Shown here piece after piece: positions 1 to 11,527 of a stretch of 64,000 nt of DNA. The position numbers and the translations under genes were made by a program. Origin of the DNA: Legionellales bacterium (lineage in GTDB: Bacteria > Pseudomonadota > Gammaproteobacteria > M30B25). Every line of letters begins with the position of its first letter. Positions within the stretch are counted from its first letter, which is position 1. The stretch lies in contig JBDOIW010000021.1 in assembly GCA_047404175.1 (NCBI GenBank), forward strand, positions 2,018 to 66,017, written 5' to 3'. The notes under the pieces are model-generated. The model ran no database searches and was not told where the DNA came from. It saw only the letters and a program-made list of their open reading frames with translations.

Positions 1-78
1 AAAGCTTATGTAAGTTTACATGAGGGCCATGAGATTAATTTATCCGGTGCTAAAGCTGCACAAGAGGAGTTGTCGTGA
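1..78 (+). CDS. rplW: 50S ribosomal protein L23, 3' end (partial, runs off window start)
   Basis: Frame 1 translates ...[25 protein letters not shown], matching the L23 C-terminus (KAYVTLKEG...). The TGA stop overlaps the rplB GTG start (GTGA). Confidence 0.7.
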   Translation, partial: KAYVSLHEGHEINLSGAKAAQEELS

Positions 79-941
79 TTGCAAAAATTAAACGTTATCG
101 TCCAATAACGCCAGGCTTACGTCATCGTGAGACAGTTGATCGTCAGGACATTCATAAAGGGGCGCCTGAGAAGAGTTTGACAACTGGGTCAAGCCGTACT
201 TCATGTCGTAACCACCATGGGGTCATTACTGTCCGTGGTCGTGGTGGAGGGATGAAGCGACGCATTCGAACGGTAGATTACAAGCGTAACAAAGATGGTA
301 TTCCTGCAAAAGTAGAACGCATCGAATACGATCCTAATCGTAGTGCCTATCTTGCTTTAGTTCTTTATGCCGATGGTGAGCGACGTTATATCGTTGCAAG
401 CAAAGGCCTCAAAGCTGATTCTGAAGTTATTTCAGGTCCTGAGGCTCCCATTAAGTCTGGCAATACCTTGCCTTTGGTTAATATCCCCCAGGGTACTACC
501 ATACACTGTATTGAACTTAAGCCAGGCAAAGGCGCTCAGTGTGTTCGTTCCGCAGGAACTTCCGCACAGCTGGTAGCAAAAGTGGATAGCACTGGTTCTG
601 ACAAATACGTTGTCATCCGCATGAGATCAGGGGAAATGAGAAAAGTACTCGCAGTTTGCCGAGCAACGATTGGTGAAGTTTCTAACTCAGATCACGGTCT
701 TCAAAAACTTGGTAAAGCTGGTGCTAATCGCCTTAGAGGTCGCCGTCCAAAAGTCAGGGGGGTTGCAATGAACCCTGTTGATCACCCTCATGGTGGTGGT
801 GAAGGTAAAACTTCTGGTGGCCGACATCCTGTTAGCCCAACAGGTGTACCTGCGAAAGGGTTTAAAACACGTGCAAAAAGTCATCGTACTGATAGCATGA
901 TAGTAAGAGATCGTCGTAAAAAGAATAAGAGGAGTGACTAG
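75..941 (+). CDS. rplB: 50S ribosomal protein L2 (divergent; GTG start)
   Basis: 288-aa ORF with L2 hallmarks ([38 protein letters not shown]). Sits in the conserved operon position. Confidence 0.9.
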   Translation: MIAKIKRYRPITPGLRHRETVDRQDIHKGAPEKSLTTGSSRTSCRNHHGVITVRGRGGGMKRRIRTVDYKRNKDGIPAKVERIEYDPNRSAYLALVLYADGERRYIVASKGLKADSEVISGPEAPIKSGNTLPLVNIPQGTTIHCIELKPGKGAQCVRSAGTSAQLVAKVDSTGSDKYVVIRMRSGEMRKVLAVCRATIGEVSNSDHGLQKLGKAGANRLRGRRPKVRGVAMNPVDHPHGGGEGKTSGGRHPVSPTGVPAKGFKTRAKSHRTDSMIVRDRRKKNKRSD

Positions 942-1219
942 TGTCAACACGTTCAGTTAAAAAAAGTTACTTTATCGATACATCACTGCAGAAAGCAGTG
1001 ACAAAAGCGATAGAAGAAAAAAGTCGTAAACCTATTAAAACATATTCAAGAAGATCTACGATTATTCCGAATATGATTGGTTTAACCATTGCGGTACACT
1101 TTGGTAAAGGGTTTTTGCCCGTTTATATCAGTGATTCGATGATTGGTCACAAATTAGGTGAGTTTGCACCTACACGTGTATTTAAAGGTCACCCTGGTGA
1201 TAAGAAAGGGAAAAAATAA
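941..1219 (+). CDS. rpsS: 30S ribosomal protein S19 (GTG start overlapping rplB stop)
   Basis: [20 protein letters not shown]...[16 protein letters not shown] matches S19. Confidence 0.9.
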   Translation: MSTRSVKKSYFIDTSLQKAVTKAIEEKSRKPIKTYSRRSTIIPNMIGLTIAVHFGKGFLPVYISDSMIGHKLGEFAPTRVFKGHPGDKKGKK

Positions 1220-1238
1220 TGAATGATGGGAGAGTATT

Positions 1239-1574
1239 GTGGAAGTAAGAGCTGTTCTGCGTAATGCTGGCTTATCTGAGCAAAAGGCACGTCTAGTTGC
1301 TGATCAGATCAGAGGTTTAAAAGTTGAGCGTGCGCTAGAGATTTTAACCTTCAGTCCCAAAGAGGCCGGTGGCATCATAAAAAAAGTGCTCGAGTCTGCG
1401 ATTGCAAATGCTGAAAACAATCATGGTGCTGATATTGACGAATTGCGCGTATCAAGTATTTATGTTGACAAAGGCATGATGTTAAAGCGCATGCGTGCGA
1501 GAGCAAGAGGTCGAGGTAATCGGATTTTGAAAAAATATTGTCACATTACTGTGAAAGTATCAGATAGTAAATAG
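1239..1574 (+). CDS. rplV: 50S ribosomal protein L22
   Basis: [22 protein letters not shown]...[22 protein letters not shown] matches L22. Start is probably GTG. Confidence 0.9.
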   Translation: MEVRAVLRNAGLSEQKARLVADQIRGLKVERALEILTFSPKEAGGIIKKVLESAIANAENNHGADIDELRVSSIYVDKGMMLKRMRARARGRGNRILKKYCHITVKVSDSK

Positions 1575-1584
1575 GAACGAAGTT

Positions 1585-2232
1585 ATGGGTCAAAAAGTTA
1601 ATCCAAATGGTATGCGTCTTGGTATTGTAAGAGAGTGGGACGCAGTGTGGTTTAGTCGTAAAGACTATGCGAATTTTCTTCAACAAGATATTCGTATTCG
1701 ACAGCACATTGAGAAGCACTACGCGAGTGCAGCTATTGCAAGAATTCTCATCGAGCGTCAAGCACACAAGCCTGTAATCACTATTTTTTGTGGCCGACCT
1801 GGTGTCCTACTAGGCCGAAAAGGCACAGGACGAGATGCGATCGTAGCTAGGCTAAGTTCGATGATGGGGATGAAAGTACGTGTCCAAATCGAAGAAGTGG
1901 CAAAAGTTGATCTTGATGCGAAGTTACTTGCGGATAATGTAGCGCAACAACTCGAAAAAAGAGTCATGTTCCGCCGAGCGATGAAGCGTGCAGTACAAAC
2001 TGCAATGCGAGCAGGCGCTGAAGGTGTTAAGGTGGCTGTTGGTGGTCGCTTGGGTGGTGCTGAGATCGCTAGAAGCGAGTGGTATCGTGAAGGAAGAGTG
2101 CCTTTGCATACATTTAGAGCAAATATTGATTATGCAACATCAAGAGCATCTACAACCTATGGTATTATTGGGGTTAAAATATGGGTCTTTAAAGGTGAAG
2201 TGCTTCCTCAAAAACAAGATGCAAAATCATAA
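1585..2232 (+). CDS. rpsC: 30S ribosomal protein S3
   Basis: [14 protein letters not shown]...[13 protein letters not shown]...[24 protein letters not shown] matches S3. Confidence 0.95.
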   Translation: MGQKVNPNGMRLGIVREWDAVWFSRKDYANFLQQDIRIRQHIEKHYASAAIARILIERQAHKPVITIFCGRPGVLLGRKGTGRDAIVARLSSMMGMKVRVQIEEVAKVDLDAKLLADNVAQQLEKRVMFRRAMKRAVQTAMRAGAEGVKVAVGGRLGGAEIARSEWYREGRVPLHTFRANIDYATSRASTTYGIIGVKIWVFKGEVLPQKQDAKS

Positions 2233-2260
2233 ATTGATTAATGAATAAAAGGGGTAGAAC

Positions 2261-2674
2261 ATGTTACTGCCAAAAAGAACTAAATACCGAAAGCAACAAA
2301 AGAACGTGCGTCATGGTATGGCTCATCGTGGAAATCGTGTAGATTTCGGTGATTTTGGTATGAAAGCTACTGCTAAAGGACAAATGACAAGTCGTCAGAT
2401 TGAGTCCGCTCGTAGAACCATTACAAAAAGTTTGCAACGTCAAGGTAAAGTCTGGATCAAAGCATTTCCAGATAAGCCAATTACTCAAAAGCCATTAGAA
2501 GTTCGAATGGGTAAAGGTAAAGGTAACGTTGAATATTGGGTGGCTGAGGTTAAGCCAGGTAAAGTATTATTTGAAATTGGTGGTGTAACAGAAGAAATGG
2601 CTAGAACAGCTTTCAAGCTAGCTGCTGCTAAATTACCTTTTTCTGTTACGTTTGTTGAGAGGACAATACTATGA
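2261..2674 (+). CDS. rplP: 50S ribosomal protein L16
   Basis: [14 protein letters not shown]...[12 protein letters not shown]...[30 protein letters not shown] matches L16. Confidence 0.95.
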   Translation: MLLPKRTKYRKQQKNVRHGMAHRGNRVDFGDFGMKATAKGQMTSRQIESARRTITKSLQRQGKVWIKAFPDKPITQKPLEVRMGKGKGNVEYWVAEVKPGKVLFEIGGVTEEMARTAFKLAAAKLPFSVTFVERTIL

Positions 2675-2865
2675 AAACGTTGCAAGAATTACGCTCACTA
2701 AGTCTAAAAGAGATGGAATCCATGTTATCATCTCTAGCTAAACAGTTGACTATGTTGAGATTTAAAAGAAAGATGGGTGAAGAAAATCAAACGCATAGCT
2801 TTCAGGCCTTGCGCAAGCAGCGTGCTCGCGTGCTTACCATCATGAACGAAAAAAAGGGTGAATAG
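2671..2865 (+). CDS. rpmC: 50S ribosomal protein L29
   Basis: 64-aa ORF with the L29 pattern [32 protein letters not shown] overlap with rplP. Confidence 0.85.
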   Translation: MKTLQELRSLSLKEMESMLSSLAKQLTMLRFKRKMGEENQTHSFQALRKQRARVLTIMNEKKGE

Positions 2866-2868
2866 ATC

Positions 2869-3129
2869 ATGACTGAGCAAACACAGGCAAAGCAGGTTGT
2901 TGGAACTGTAAAAAGCGATAAAATGGATAAAACCATTACCGTTGTCATTATACGACGAGTCAAGCATAAGCTTTACAATAAGTACATGAAGCGTTCCACA
3001 AAACTCATGGTGCACGATGAGACTAATTCAGCATCAGAGGGTGATTTGGTAAAAATTGAGCTAACAAGACCTTTGTCAAAAAATAAGTCTTGGCAGCTTG
3101 TTGAAATAATTGAGAAAAGAAACACGTAA
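2869..3129 (+). CDS. rpsQ: 30S ribosomal protein S17
   Basis: VVGTVKSDKMDKTITVVIIRRVKHKLYNKYMKRSTKLMVHDE matches S17. Confidence 0.9.
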   Translation: MTEQTQAKQVVGTVKSDKMDKTITVVIIRRVKHKLYNKYMKRSTKLMVHDETNSASEGDLVKIELTRPLSKNKSWQLVEIIEKRNT

Positions 3130-3189
3130 CGACCCTGTTTTTTTGAGATAAATGGTGATATAATTACCGGCTATTTACGGAGACAACAA

Positions 3190-3555
3190 ATGATTCAAAT
3201 GCAGTCAAGGCTACAGGTAGCCGACAACAGCGGAGCAAAAGAAGTAATGTGCATCAAGGTACTTGGTGGCTCAAAAAGACGTTATGCTAACGTCGGTGAC
3301 ATTATCAAAGTGGCTGTGAAAGAGGCAAGTTCGGTAGGACGTGTCAAGGCCGGAGAGGTTATGACAGCTGTTGTTGTAAGAACTAAAAAAGGCGTGCGAC
3401 GCCCTGATGGTTCACTAATTAAGTTTGATACTAATGCTGCTGTATTAGTGAATGCACAAATGCTACCAGTGGGGACTCGTATTTTTGGACCAGTAACACG
3501 AGAGCTACGTGCCAAATTTATGAAAATTATTTCACTTGCAGATGAAGTTTTATAG
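3190..3555 (+). CDS. rplN: 50S ribosomal protein L14
   Basis: [28 protein letters not shown]...[11 protein letters not shown] matches L14. Confidence 0.95.
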   Translation: MIQMQSRLQVADNSGAKEVMCIKVLGGSKRRYANVGDIIKVAVKEASSVGRVKAGEVMTAVVVRTKKGVRRPDGSLIKFDTNAAVLVNAQMLPVGTRIFGPVTRELRAKFMKIISLADEVL

Positions 3556-3573
3556 TTTAAGGTTGGGAATATA

Positions 3574-3927
3574 ATGACAATGCAAAAGATTAAAGTTGGG
3601 GATGAAGTGATTGCAATCGCCGGTGCTGATAAAGGCAAGCGTGGTACAGTTTCACAAATTATCCGCCAAGTAAAGCGTGGGAAGCTGGTAGTCAAGGCTA
3701 AAGTTGAAGGCTTGAAGCTTGTAAAAAAACACGTAAAGCCTAACCCTCAGTTAGGTAAACAAGGTGGGATTGTTGAGCAAGAAGCAGGGATTAGTATTTC
3801 AAATCTAGCCTTGTACAATCCAAATGATAAAAAGCCTAGCCGAGTAGGAATAAAAGTTCTTGAGAACGGTAAGAAGGTTCGCTATTACAAAACAACAGGC
3901 GATGTTGTTGATGGAGATAAGGGTTAA
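3574..3927 (+). CDS. rplX: 50S ribosomal protein L24 (with C-terminal extension)
   Basis: [22 protein letters not shown]...[23 protein letters not shown] matches L24. Confidence 0.9.
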   Translation: MTMQKIKVGDEVIAIAGADKGKRGTVSQIIRQVKRGKLVVKAKVEGLKLVKKHVKPNPQLGKQGGIVEQEAGISISNLALYNPNDKKPSRVGIKVLENGKKVRYYKTTGDVVDGDKG

Positions 3928-3932
3928 TTGGT

Positions 3933-4499
3933 ATGACAGTTTTAAAAGATAAATACAGATCAGAAATTATTGCTCAAATGATGTCTTCTGACTTTGGCTT
4001 CACCAGTGTCATGCAGGTACCGGTCATAGAGAAAATTGTACTTAACATGGGTGTCGGTGAATCGATTAATGATAAGAAAGTAATCCAGCACGCAGTAGGG
4101 GATATGACTAAAATCGCAGGACAGAAGCCTATAGTAACAAAGGCTAGAAAGTCAGTAGCAGGATTTAAAATTCGCGAAGGCTGGCCTATCGGTTGTAAGG
4201 TGACCTTGCGTGGCGACCGTATGTATGAGTTTTTAGAGCGTTTAATCACGGTCACAATTCCTCGTATTCGTGACTTCAGGGGCTTAGATGCAAAGTTTGA
4301 TCAGGATTTTAACTATAATTTCGGCATCAAAGAACAGATCGTATTCCCTGAAATTGAGTTCGACAAAGTTGATGCTATTCGTGGATTAAATATCACTGTT
4401 GTGATAAAGTCGGGGTCTGCTAAAGAGAGCTACACGCTTCTTAAGGCTTTCGGTTTCCCATTGAAAGCACTAAAAGAAAAACAAAAGGTAAAGGGTTAG
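3933..4499 (+). CDS. rplE: 50S ribosomal protein L5
   Basis: [15 protein letters not shown]...[34 protein letters not shown] matches L5. Confidence 0.95.
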   Translation: MTVLKDKYRSEIIAQMMSSDFGFTSVMQVPVIEKIVLNMGVGESINDKKVIQHAVGDMTKIAGQKPIVTKARKSVAGFKIREGWPIGCKVTLRGDRMYEFLERLITVTIPRIRDFRGLDAKFDQDFNYNFGIKEQIVFPEIEFDKVDAIRGLNITVVIKSGSAKESYTLLKAFGFPLKALKEKQKVKG

Positions 4500-4503
4500 G
4501 ATT

Positions 4504-4809
4504 ATGGCTAAAAAGTGTATGACAGCGAGAGAAAAACGACGAGTTCAAGCTGCTGACAAGTGGAGTAGTGTAAGAGCGTCCTTGAAGGAAACGATCTCAA
4601 GCACTACCTCTGGTTTTGATGATAAACAAGCTGCTATTTCTAAACTTAATAAGCTGCCAAGAGACTCAAGTCCCTCTAGACAAACTACGCGTTGCGTATC
4701 TTGTGGACGCCCTCATGCTGTATACAAAAAGTTTGGTTTATGCAGAATCTGCATACGTGAAGCTGTGATGAAAGGTTGGTTGCCTGGCGTAACTAAATCA
4801 AGTTGGTAA
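4504..4809 (+). CDS. rpsN: 30S ribosomal protein S14
   Basis: [13 protein letters not shown]...[39 protein letters not shown] matches S14. Confidence 0.95.
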   Translation: MAKKCMTAREKRRVQAADKWSSVRASLKETISSTTSGFDDKQAAISKLNKLPRDSSPSRQTTRCVSCGRPHAVYKKFGLCRICIREAVMKGWLPGVTKSSW

Positions 4810-4843
4810 TATAACGAAAGATAAATGAAAAACAGGTAAGACG

Positions 4844-5251
4844 ATGAGTAGACAAGATCCAGTTGCTGATGCATTAACGCGAATTCGTAATGCTCAGGCA
4901 GTGAACCACAAAGACGTAATTATTCCTGGTTCAAAGCTGTTGCTAGATATTTTTAAGGTAATGCAAGAAGAAGGCTTTATTGCTTCATACGAAGAATTTC
5001 TTGTAGATGAAACTAAGCCTGCGATAAAAAGTATCAAAGTTGTGTTGAGATACTTTAAGGGTAAGCCTGTGATTGAAACATTGAAACGATTGAGCTCACC
5101 TGGCCGTAAACAGTACATGAAAGTAGATGAGCTTCCCATGGAAAAAAACGGTTTAGGGGTAGTCATTGTGACAACATCAAAAGGTGTCATGACAACACTA
5201 ACTGCTAAGAAACTTGGTGTTGGTGGTGAATTACTAGTTGCAGTATACTAA
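4844..5251 (+). CDS. rpsH: 30S ribosomal protein S8
   Basis: MSRQDPVADALTRIRNAQ...GLGVVIVTTSKGVMT...GGELLVAVY matches S8. Confidence 0.95.
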   Translation: MSRQDPVADALTRIRNAQAVNHKDVIIPGSKLLLDIFKVMQEEGFIASYEEFLVDETKPAIKSIKVVLRYFKGKPVIETLKRLSSPGRKQYMKVDELPMEKNGLGVVIVTTSKGVMTTLTAKKLGVGGELLVAVY

Positions 5252-5265
5252 TTCGGGGAAAAATA

Positions 5266-5841
5266 ATGATTGATATGGCAAACAAGCAAGCATCTCCCTC
5301 TCGGGTGGCTAAGCAGCCTATTGTGTTACCAGCCAATGTTGAGCTGACAGTTGATAACAACAACAGAGTAGTTGTGAAAGGGCCAAAGGGTGAGTTACAT
5401 CTACAGGCTCACCATTCTGTTCAGATTTCTTCTAGCAAGGAAGAGAGTGGTGTAGTTGTGCAAGTTAGTGAAAAACCTGGTGCGTCAGATTCAAAAATGC
5501 ATTCAGGCACCGTAAGGTCTATATGTAACAATATGGTTTCGGGTGTGGTCAATGGTTTTGAAAAAAAGCTTATTATGATCGGGGTAGGTTATCGTGCGGC
5601 ATTGCAAGGTAAGAAAATTACTCTAACAGTGGGTAAGTCCCACCCAGATATTTTCGAGCTTCCTGAGGGTATTACTGCAGAGTGCCCATCGCAAACTGAA
5701 ATTGTTATCAAGGGTGCAGATAAGCAGTTAGTGGGTCAGGTTGCAGCCAAAATTAGAGCGTTCCGTCCTCCTGAGCCTTACAAAGGGAAAGGGATTCGAT
5801 ATGCAGATGAACAAATCATTAAGAAAGAGGCTAAGAAGTAA
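5266..5841 (+). CDS. rplF: 50S ribosomal protein L6 (start may be the ATG at 5278)
   Basis: SRVAKQPIVLPANVELTV...GYRAALQGKKITLTVGKSHPD...FRPPEPYKGKGIRY matches L6. Confidence 0.9.
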   Translation: MIDMANKQASPSRVAKQPIVLPANVELTVDNNNRVVVKGPKGELHLQAHHSVQISSSKEESGVVVQVSEKPGASDSKMHSGTVRSICNNMVSGVVNGFEKKLIMIGVGYRAALQGKKITLTVGKSHPDIFELPEGITAECPSQTEIVIKGADKQLVGQVAAKIRAFRPPEPYKGKGIRYADEQIIKKEAKK

Positions 5842-6194
5842 TGACTGTAGCAAATAGCAGATTAAGACGTGCGAAGAAAACACGCGCGTTAATTAAGAAA
5901 CATGGTAAACACAGACTGTGTGTTGTTAAAAGTAATCAGCACATTGAAGCATATCTCTATGATACTGAGGGCAATGTTCTTGCTTCTCAAAGCACAAAAG
6001 GGTCACATCTCAAGTCTCTCAAGGCTACTAATGGAAGCAATGTTGATGCTGCAAAGAAAGTAGGAGAGGCCATTGCAGAAAAATCGATTAAGTTAGGTGT
6101 CAAAGAAGTCGCCTTCGATCGTTCAGGATACATTTATCACGGTCGCATCAAAGCATTAGCTGATGCTGCTCGTGAAACAGGTTTAATATTTTAA
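5841..6194 (+). CDS. rplR: 50S ribosomal protein L18
   Basis: RLCVVKSNQHIEAYLYD...VAFDRSGYIYHGRIKALADAARETGL matches L18. taATGa overlap with rplF. Confidence 0.95.
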   Translation: MTVANSRLRRAKKTRALIKKHGKHRLCVVKSNQHIEAYLYDTEGNVLASQSTKGSHLKSLKATNGSNVDAAKKVGEAIAEKSIKLGVKEVAFDRSGYIYHGRIKALADAARETGLIF

Positions 6195-6212
6195 GTTGAT
6201 AAAGGGGATAGC

Positions 6213-6740
6213 ATGGCAGTTCCAGCTAAAAAGTCAGTAGAAACTGATGGGATTATAGAAAAATTAGTTGCCGTTAATAGAACTTCGAAAGTAGTAAAAG
6301 GCGGGCGTGTGTTTGGCTTTTCAGCGCTTGTCGTAGTAGGGGATGGCCAAGGGAAATGTGGATTTGGTTTTGCCAAAGCTTCTGAAGTACCTGTTGCAAT
6401 TAAAAAGGCAATGCAAAATGCTCGTCGCAACATGTCTCCTGCCCCTATAAATGGATCAACGACCTATCATGATATCGTCCATTCTTTTGGTGCAACCAAG
6501 GTTGTTATTAAACCAGCTAAAGAAGGAACTGGTGTCATCGCCGGTCACGCGATGAGGGCTGTCTTTGAAGTTCTTGGTGTTGAGAATGTAGTAGCTAAGT
6601 GTATTGGCTCTACCACACCAATTAATGTCGTGCGCGCAACATTAGGTGCGTTAAGAACAACCAAAACTCCAGAAATGATCGCTGAAAAGCGTGGTATTTC
6701 TGTGGATGCAATCAAAGAGTCATACGAAGATGTCAAATAA
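6213..6740 (+). CDS. rpsE: 30S ribosomal protein S5
   Basis: [49 protein letters not shown] matches S5. Confidence 0.95.
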   Translation: MAVPAKKSVETDGIIEKLVAVNRTSKVVKGGRVFGFSALVVVGDGQGKCGFGFAKASEVPVAIKKAMQNARRNMSPAPINGSTTYHDIVHSFGATKVVIKPAKEGTGVIAGHAMRAVFEVLGVENVVAKCIGSTTPINVVRATLGALRTTKTPEMIAEKRGISVDAIKESYEDVK

Positions 6741-6915
6741 TACAGTGAAAGTCACTTTAATCAAAAGCAAATTTGGTCGAAAGCCAGGACACAAAGCTTG
6801 TGTTGAAGGCTTGGGTCTTCGCCGTATGCATCAAACTGTTGAGTTAGTTGCAACGCCAGAAAATCTCGGGATGATCAATAAAGTCAACTATTTACTAAAT
6901 GTAGAAGAGAGTTAA
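6730..6915 (+). CDS. rpmD: 50S ribosomal protein L30. The track ORF starts at 6691, but the ATG at 6730 ([13 protein letters not shown]...) fits L30.
   Basis: [33 protein letters not shown] matches L30. The upstream 13 codons overlap the rpsE 3' end. Confidence 0.85.
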   Translation: MSNNTVKVTLIKSKFGRKPGHKACVEGLGLRRMHQTVELVATPENLGMINKVNYLLNVEES

Positions 6916-6917
6916 TC

Positions 6918-7367
6918 ATGCGATTAGATTCATTAAAGCCAGCCCCTGGCTCTAAAAAGAAAAAGCAAATCGTCGGTCGTGGTATTGGATCGGGTTCAGG
7001 AAAAACTTGTAAGCGTGGTCATAAAGGTCAACGTTCACGTTCCGGTGCAACACGTAACACGATTGGATTTGAGGGTGGACAAATGCCACTACAAATGCGT
7101 TTGCCTAAATCAGGATTCTCTTCTAGAGTATCAAGAGTAACAGAGGAAGTTCGTTTGTCAGAGATCGAGGCTCTTCCTGTTGATGAGGTAAATTTAGTAA
7201 CGCTTAAGGCGGCAAATGTGATCTCAGTTAATACTCGTTTCGTAAAAATTATTTTATCAGGTGACATTAAGCGAGCCGTTAAAGTTGAAGGATTGCGTGT
7301 GACTGCGGGTGCTCAAAAAGCCATCGAGGCTGCAGGTGGGCAAGTAGTGAGTGGAGACACCAAGTAA
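6918..7367 (+). CDS. rplO: 50S ribosomal protein L15
   Basis: [38 protein letters not shown] matches L15. Confidence 0.95.
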   Translation: MRLDSLKPAPGSKKKKQIVGRGIGSGSGKTCKRGHKGQRSRSGATRNTIGFEGGQMPLQMRLPKSGFSSRVSRVTEEVRLSEIEALPVDEVNLVTLKAANVISVNTRFVKIILSGDIKRAVKVEGLRVTAGAQKAIEAAGGQVVSGDTK

Positions 7368-8683
7368 TGAACCAAGCTCCTCAACAAGGTAATGCAACAA
7401 TCGAATTACGTAACCGTCTACTTTTTTTGTTGATGGGTATTGTTGTCTTTCGTTTAGGAGCGCATATTCCTGTCCCAGGTATCGACGTCCATGCTCTTTC
7501 CTCCTTATTCAGCCACGAACAAGGTAGTCAAATTGCAGGTCTCTTTAATATGTTTTCTGGTGGAGCCTTCAAGCAGCGTGCTGTATTTGCACTTGGAGTT
7601 ATGCCTTATATTTCTGCTTCAATTATCATGCAGATGATGACCATGATGGTTCCCAGCCTTATGGCTTTAAAAAAAGAAGGCGATTCTGGCCGACGCAAGA
7701 TTACTCAATACACACGTTATGGGACAGTAGTCTTAGCGACTTTACAATCTTTAGGTCTTGCAAAGTTCTTAGGTAGTATGCAGGGTGTTGTGGTTAATCC
7801 AGGCTTGAGCTTTTATATCACAACTGCAGTGACTCTCGTGACAGGCACTATGTTTTTGATGTGGCTGGGTGAGCAAATGACAGAGCGCGGTATTGGAAAC
7901 GGTATATCGCTTATTATCTTTGCAAGTATTGTTTCTCGTTTTCCTGAAGCAACAGGTCAGGTTCTTGATCAAGTGAAAGATGGTCAGTTAGATCCCATTT
8001 CTCTTATACTACTTGCTGCACTTGTAGCTGCTGTGACTTATTTTGTCGTGTATGTTGAGCGGGCACAAAGAAGGATTCCTATTCATTATGCAAAAAAACA
8101 GCAAGGTAGAAAATTACTGTCAGCACAGTCTAGTCACCTACCATTAAAAATTAATATGTCTGGTGTTATTCCCCCCATTTTTGCGTCAAGTATTATTCTT
8201 TTCCCTCAGACAATTGCCACTTGGTTTGGTCAAAGTGGAGGGTGGAGCTGGTTAAATACTCTGAGTGTAGAGCTTGGTCATGGCCAGCCACTTTACATGC
8301 TTTTATTTGTTTCTGCGATTATTTTCTTTTGCTTCTTTTATACTGCTTTAGTTTTTAATTCAAAAGAAACCGCGCAAAACCTAAAAAAGTCAGGTGCTTT
8401 TATACCAAGCATTCGTCCTGGAGAACAAACAGGGCTTTACATTGACAAAGTACTTACGCGTTTAACTATGGTAGGAGCTATCTATTTGTCTTTGGTTGCT
8501 CTTCTGCCTGAATTTTTGATTATTGCATGGCATGTGCCATTCTATTTTGGTGGGACATCCCTGCTGATTGTTGTAGTTGTTCTAATGGACTTGCTTTCAC
8601 AAGCGCAGTCGCTTTTATTATCTGATCAGTACGGATCATATATGAAAAAAGCGGGTAAGCATGGTGCAGGTTTGTTGGGTTAA
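7367..8683 (+). CDS. secY: Preprotein translocase subunit SecY
   Basis: 438 aa, multi-TM. Collinear with E. coli SecY across conserved segments ([55 protein letters not shown]). Confidence 0.97.
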   Translation: MNQAPQQGNATIELRNRLLFLLMGIVVFRLGAHIPVPGIDVHALSSLFSHEQGSQIAGLFNMFSGGAFKQRAVFALGVMPYISASIIMQMMTMMVPSLMALKKEGDSGRRKITQYTRYGTVVLATLQSLGLAKFLGSMQGVVVNPGLSFYITTAVTLVTGTMFLMWLGEQMTERGIGNGISLIIFASIVSRFPEATGQVLDQVKDGQLDPISLILLAALVAAVTYFVVYVERAQRRIPIHYAKKQQGRKLLSAQSSHLPLKINMSGVIPPIFASSIILFPQTIATWFGQSGGWSWLNTLSVELGHGQPLYMLLFVSAIIFFCFFYTALVFNSKETAQNLKKSGAFIPSIRPGEQTGLYIDKVLTRLTMVGAIYLSLVALLPEFLIIAWHVPFYFGGTSLLIVVVVLMDLLSQAQSLLLSDQYGSYMKKAGKHGAGLLG

Positions 8684-8699
8684 TGGTTAGGAGATAAAA

Positions 8700-8816
8700 A
8701 TGAAAGTAGGCGCATCGGTAAAACCTATTTGTAAAGACTGTCGTGTGATTAAACGTCATGGTCGTGTTATGGTGATCTGCAAGAGAGACCCCAAACATAA
8801 GCAGCGTCAAGGTTAA
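8700..8816 (+). CDS. rpmJ: 50S ribosomal protein L36 (38 aa; below the ORF-track cutoff)
   Basis: Hand translation gives [43 protein letters not shown] Shine-Dalgarno lies upstream. Canonical position after secY. Confidence 0.9.
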   Translation: MKVGASVKPICKDCRVIKRHGRVMVICKRDPKHKQRQG

Positions 8817-8916
8817 TAGTTATTAAAAAGGCTGATTAAATGTTTGATTTTTTGCTTTTAAAAAGTTAAAATATTGGGCTCAGCATTAGGTGTAAGATAA
8901 ACTAGGAGAAAACACA

Positions 8917-9270
8917 ATGCCTCGAATTATGGCCGTAAATGTGCCAGGCAATAAACACATTGTGATTGGATTAACACATATCTTTGGTATTGGGCGATCT
9001 CGCTCTGAGGCCATTTGTGAAGAGCTATCCATTGCAACTGATACAAAAGGTGATGATCTTACTGAGTCTCAACTCAATCAGATTCGTGAACACCTTGACT
9101 CATTTACACTTGAGGGTGATTTGCGTAGAGAGAATATGCTTTCGATCAAACGTCTTATGGAAATTGCATCTTACCGAGGAAGGCGTCATCGCTTAGGTTT
9201 GCCTGTGAATGGTCAGCGTACAAAGACAAACGCTCGAACTCGCAAAGGCAAGAAAGGAAAAAAAGGTTAA
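8917..9270 (+). CDS. rpsM: 30S ribosomal protein S13
   Basis: MPRIMAVNVPGNKHIVIGLTHIFGIGRSRSEAIC...ASYRGRRH matches S13. AGGAGA Shine-Dalgarno upstream. Confidence 0.95.
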   Translation: MPRIMAVNVPGNKHIVIGLTHIFGIGRSRSEAICEELSIATDTKGDDLTESQLNQIREHLDSFTLEGDLRRENMLSIKRLMEIASYRGRRHRLGLPVNGQRTKTNARTRKGKKGKKG

Positions 9271-9307
9271 TTTGATTACCACCCAATGATAAAGGTATAA
9301 GAGTATT

Positions 9308-9859
9308 ATGGTTGAAGAAAATTTAAAAAAAGATGAATCTATCACTACCACTAGTGTAGCTCAAGATGACAAGGTAGGCTCTTCGTCTTCCAGTCGTGGT
9401 GCTTCTGCTAGTGTGGATCAAGATGACAAGGGTGGATCTTCGTCGTCTAGTAGTGATGTCTCTGCACCAGCAGTGAAGCAAAAAGGCCGTTCAAAGGGTA
9501 AACAGGTTTATGAAGGTGCAGCTTACATCTCCTGCGGGTTCAATAACACCTTAGTCACTATTACAGATGCCCGTGGTAACACGCTGGCATGGTCCTCTTC
9601 AGGTAAATGTGGCTTTAAAGGCGCAAAAAAGAGTACCCCTTATGCTGGACAAATGGTTGCCTCTGATGCTGCAAAAATTGTCACTGATCCTAAAACAGGG
9701 TGCGGTATGGAGCGAATCAAAGTTTACGTCAAAGGTTTTGGTTCATCAAGAGACTCAGCAATTCGTGCAATTGCAAGTTTCCTCAAGGTAACAGCTTTAA
9801 TTGACACAACAGGTGTTCCATTTAATGGATGCCGTAATTCTAAAATTCGTCGGGTGTAG
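9308..9859 (+). CDS. rpsK: 30S ribosomal protein S11 with an unusual ~55-aa Ser-rich N-terminal extension
   Basis: Residues ~60-183 match S11 ([44 protein letters not shown]...[11 protein letters not shown]). The extension contains a 57-nt tandem duplication. Confidence 0.85.
   Translation: MVEENLKKDESITTTSVAQDDKVGSSSSSRGASASVDQDDKGGSSSSSSDVSAPAVKQKGRSKGKQVYEGAAYISCGFNNTLVTITDARGNTLAWSSSGKCGFKGAKKSTPYAGQMVASDAAKIVTDPKTGCGMERIKVYVKGFGSSRDSAIRAIASFLKVTALIDTTGVPFNGCRNSKIRRV
9356..9469 (+). repeat. Perfect-length 57-nt tandem duplication (2 copies, ~75% identical) encoding [19 protein letters not shown] / [19 protein letters not shown] in the rpsK 5' extension
   Basis: Direct comparison of 9356-9412 against 9413-9469. 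Confidence 0.8.
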
Positions 9860-9870
9860 GAGAAAATTTC

Positions 9871-10488
9871 GTGGGAAGATATACAGGTCCAAAGTGTAAG
9901 TTATCACGTAGAGAGGGTACTGACTTAGAACACAAAAGTCGTTTGCGTGCCGGTGGTAAGCCAAAGTTTGACGTCAACAAGAAGCCAGGTGTTGGCGGCT
10001 CTGGCCGTCTAACTGATTATGGTGTTCAGTTTCGTATGAAGCAGCTTGTTAAGCGTTACTACCTTGTCTCTGAAAAGCAATTTAGAGCCTATTACACGAT
10101 TGCTGATCGTCGCAAAGGTACAACGGGAACAGAGTTGCTCAGACTATTGGAATCACGGCTAGATAACGTCGTTTATCGATTGGGTTTTGCATCTACTCGC
10201 TCAGAAGCAAGACAGTTAGTAAGCCATAAAGCTATTTTAGTGAATGGTGAGCTAGTTAACATCGCTTCATACCGTGTTCGTCCCGGTGATGTTGTGTCTG
10301 TACGAGAGCGTGCTCAAAAACAAATGCGCATTCAAGCGGCAATGGAGCTTAATCAAACAGTTGATTTATCTCCATGGTTATCACTGAATAGCAAAGAAAT
10401 GTCGGGTGTCTTTAAAGCCCATCCAGAATTAGAAGATTTACCTGCTGTCTTTAAGGTAAATCTTGTTGTTGAATTATACTCGAAGTAG
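9871..10488 (+). CDS. rpsD: 30S ribosomal protein S4 (GTG start)
   Basis: [19 protein letters not shown]...[40 protein letters not shown] matches S4. Confidence 0.95.
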   Translation: MGRYTGPKCKLSRREGTDLEHKSRLRAGGKPKFDVNKKPGVGGSGRLTDYGVQFRMKQLVKRYYLVSEKQFRAYYTIADRRKGTTGTELLRLLESRLDNVVYRLGFASTRSEARQLVSHKAILVNGELVNIASYRVRPGDVVSVRERAQKQMRIQAAMELNQTVDLSPWLSLNSKEMSGVFKAHPELEDLPAVFKVNLVVELYSK

Positions 10489-10498
10489 AGGTGATCAC

Positions 10499-11506
10499 AT
10501 GACAGAGACTACAGAAAATCAAGCTAATGTCCAAGATATATACCAGGACATGCTTATTCCAAACAAAGTCAAGATTGACGAGCTTGGATTGCATAGTTAT
10601 AAAATCACACTTGAGCCATTCGAACGTGGTTATGGTTACACTCTAGGTGCAGCATTGCGTCGTATTTTGCTCTCATCTATGCCAGGAGTTGCTCCTGTTG
10701 AGATGACGATTCAAGGTGTTCAGCATGAATATAGCACTCATGAAGCGCTAAAAGAAGATATTGTTGATGTTGTACTCAACGTTAAGGATCTTTCTTTTGA
10801 AATGCATGGTCGTGATGAAGCAACTGTTTCATTAAAAAAGTCAGAACAAGGTCCCGTTACAGGCAATGACTTTGATTTGCCTGAAGGTATTATGCTTGCA
10901 AACCCTGACTTAGTTATCGCTCATCTTACCGCGGACAAGCCCCTGGAAATATCAATTAAGATAAAGCGCGGGTATGGTTACGAGCCTGTCTCAGTAAGAA
11001 GAAGTTCTGAAGAGTCATCAACTAAAGCTATTGGTGCCATCCAATTAGATTCAAGTTTTAGTCCTGTCACTAAAGTGCATTATGATGTTGAGAATGCTCG
11101 AGTGGGTAACAAAACTAATCTCGACAAATTAATCATGACTGTTGAGACGGATGGTACTATCAGTCCTGACGAGATTATTAGACGGGCTGCGACTATTCTT
11201 CAACATCAGCTATCTGTTTTTGCTGAGTTGCAAAAAGAATCGGCTTCTGCTTCTTCGAGCAAGGAGCCAACAATGGATCCTATCTTACTCAGACCTGTGG
11301 ATGATCTTGAGCTCACTGTGCGTGCAGCGAATTGTCTCAAAGCTGAACAAATTATATACATTGGTGACTTGGTGTTACGCACCGAAAGTGACCTTATGAA
11401 AACACCCAACCTAGGTCGAAAATCACTCACTGAAATTAAGTCAGTCTTGATGAGTCATGGTCTTGCTTTGGGTATGAACATTGACAACTGGCCTCCAGTT
11501 GAATAA
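10499..11506 (+). CDS. rpoA: DNA-directed RNA polymerase alpha subunit. Start taken at ATG 10499 (MTETTEN...) rather than the track start at 10463.
   Basis: [31 protein letters not shown]...[33 protein letters not shown] matches RpoA. GAGGTG Shine-Dalgarno before 10499. Confidence 0.95.
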   Translation: MTETTENQANVQDIYQDMLIPNKVKIDELGLHSYKITLEPFERGYGYTLGAALRRILLSSMPGVAPVEMTIQGVQHEYSTHEALKEDIVDVVLNVKDLSFEMHGRDEATVSLKKSEQGPVTGNDFDLPEGIMLANPDLVIAHLTADKPLEISIKIKRGYGYEPVSVRRSSEESSTKAIGAIQLDSSFSPVTKVHYDVENARVGNKTNLDKLIMTVETDGTISPDEIIRRAATILQHQLSVFAELQKESASASSSKEPTMDPILLRPVDDLELTVRAANCLKAEQIIYIGDLVLRTESDLMKTPNLGRKSLTEIKSVLMSHGLALGMNIDNWPPVE

Positions 11507-11527
11507 TAAACTACAAGGTTATAGGAC

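Noticed and set aside
687-8810. Numerous antisense or alternative-frame ORFs of 60-140 aa inside the ribosomal-protein and secY genes (e.g. 687-950-, 3282-3695-, 7769-7972-, 8520-8810-)
   Set aside because: They are fully embedded in strongly conserved coding regions on the opposite strand or an offset frame. No independent evidence supports them.
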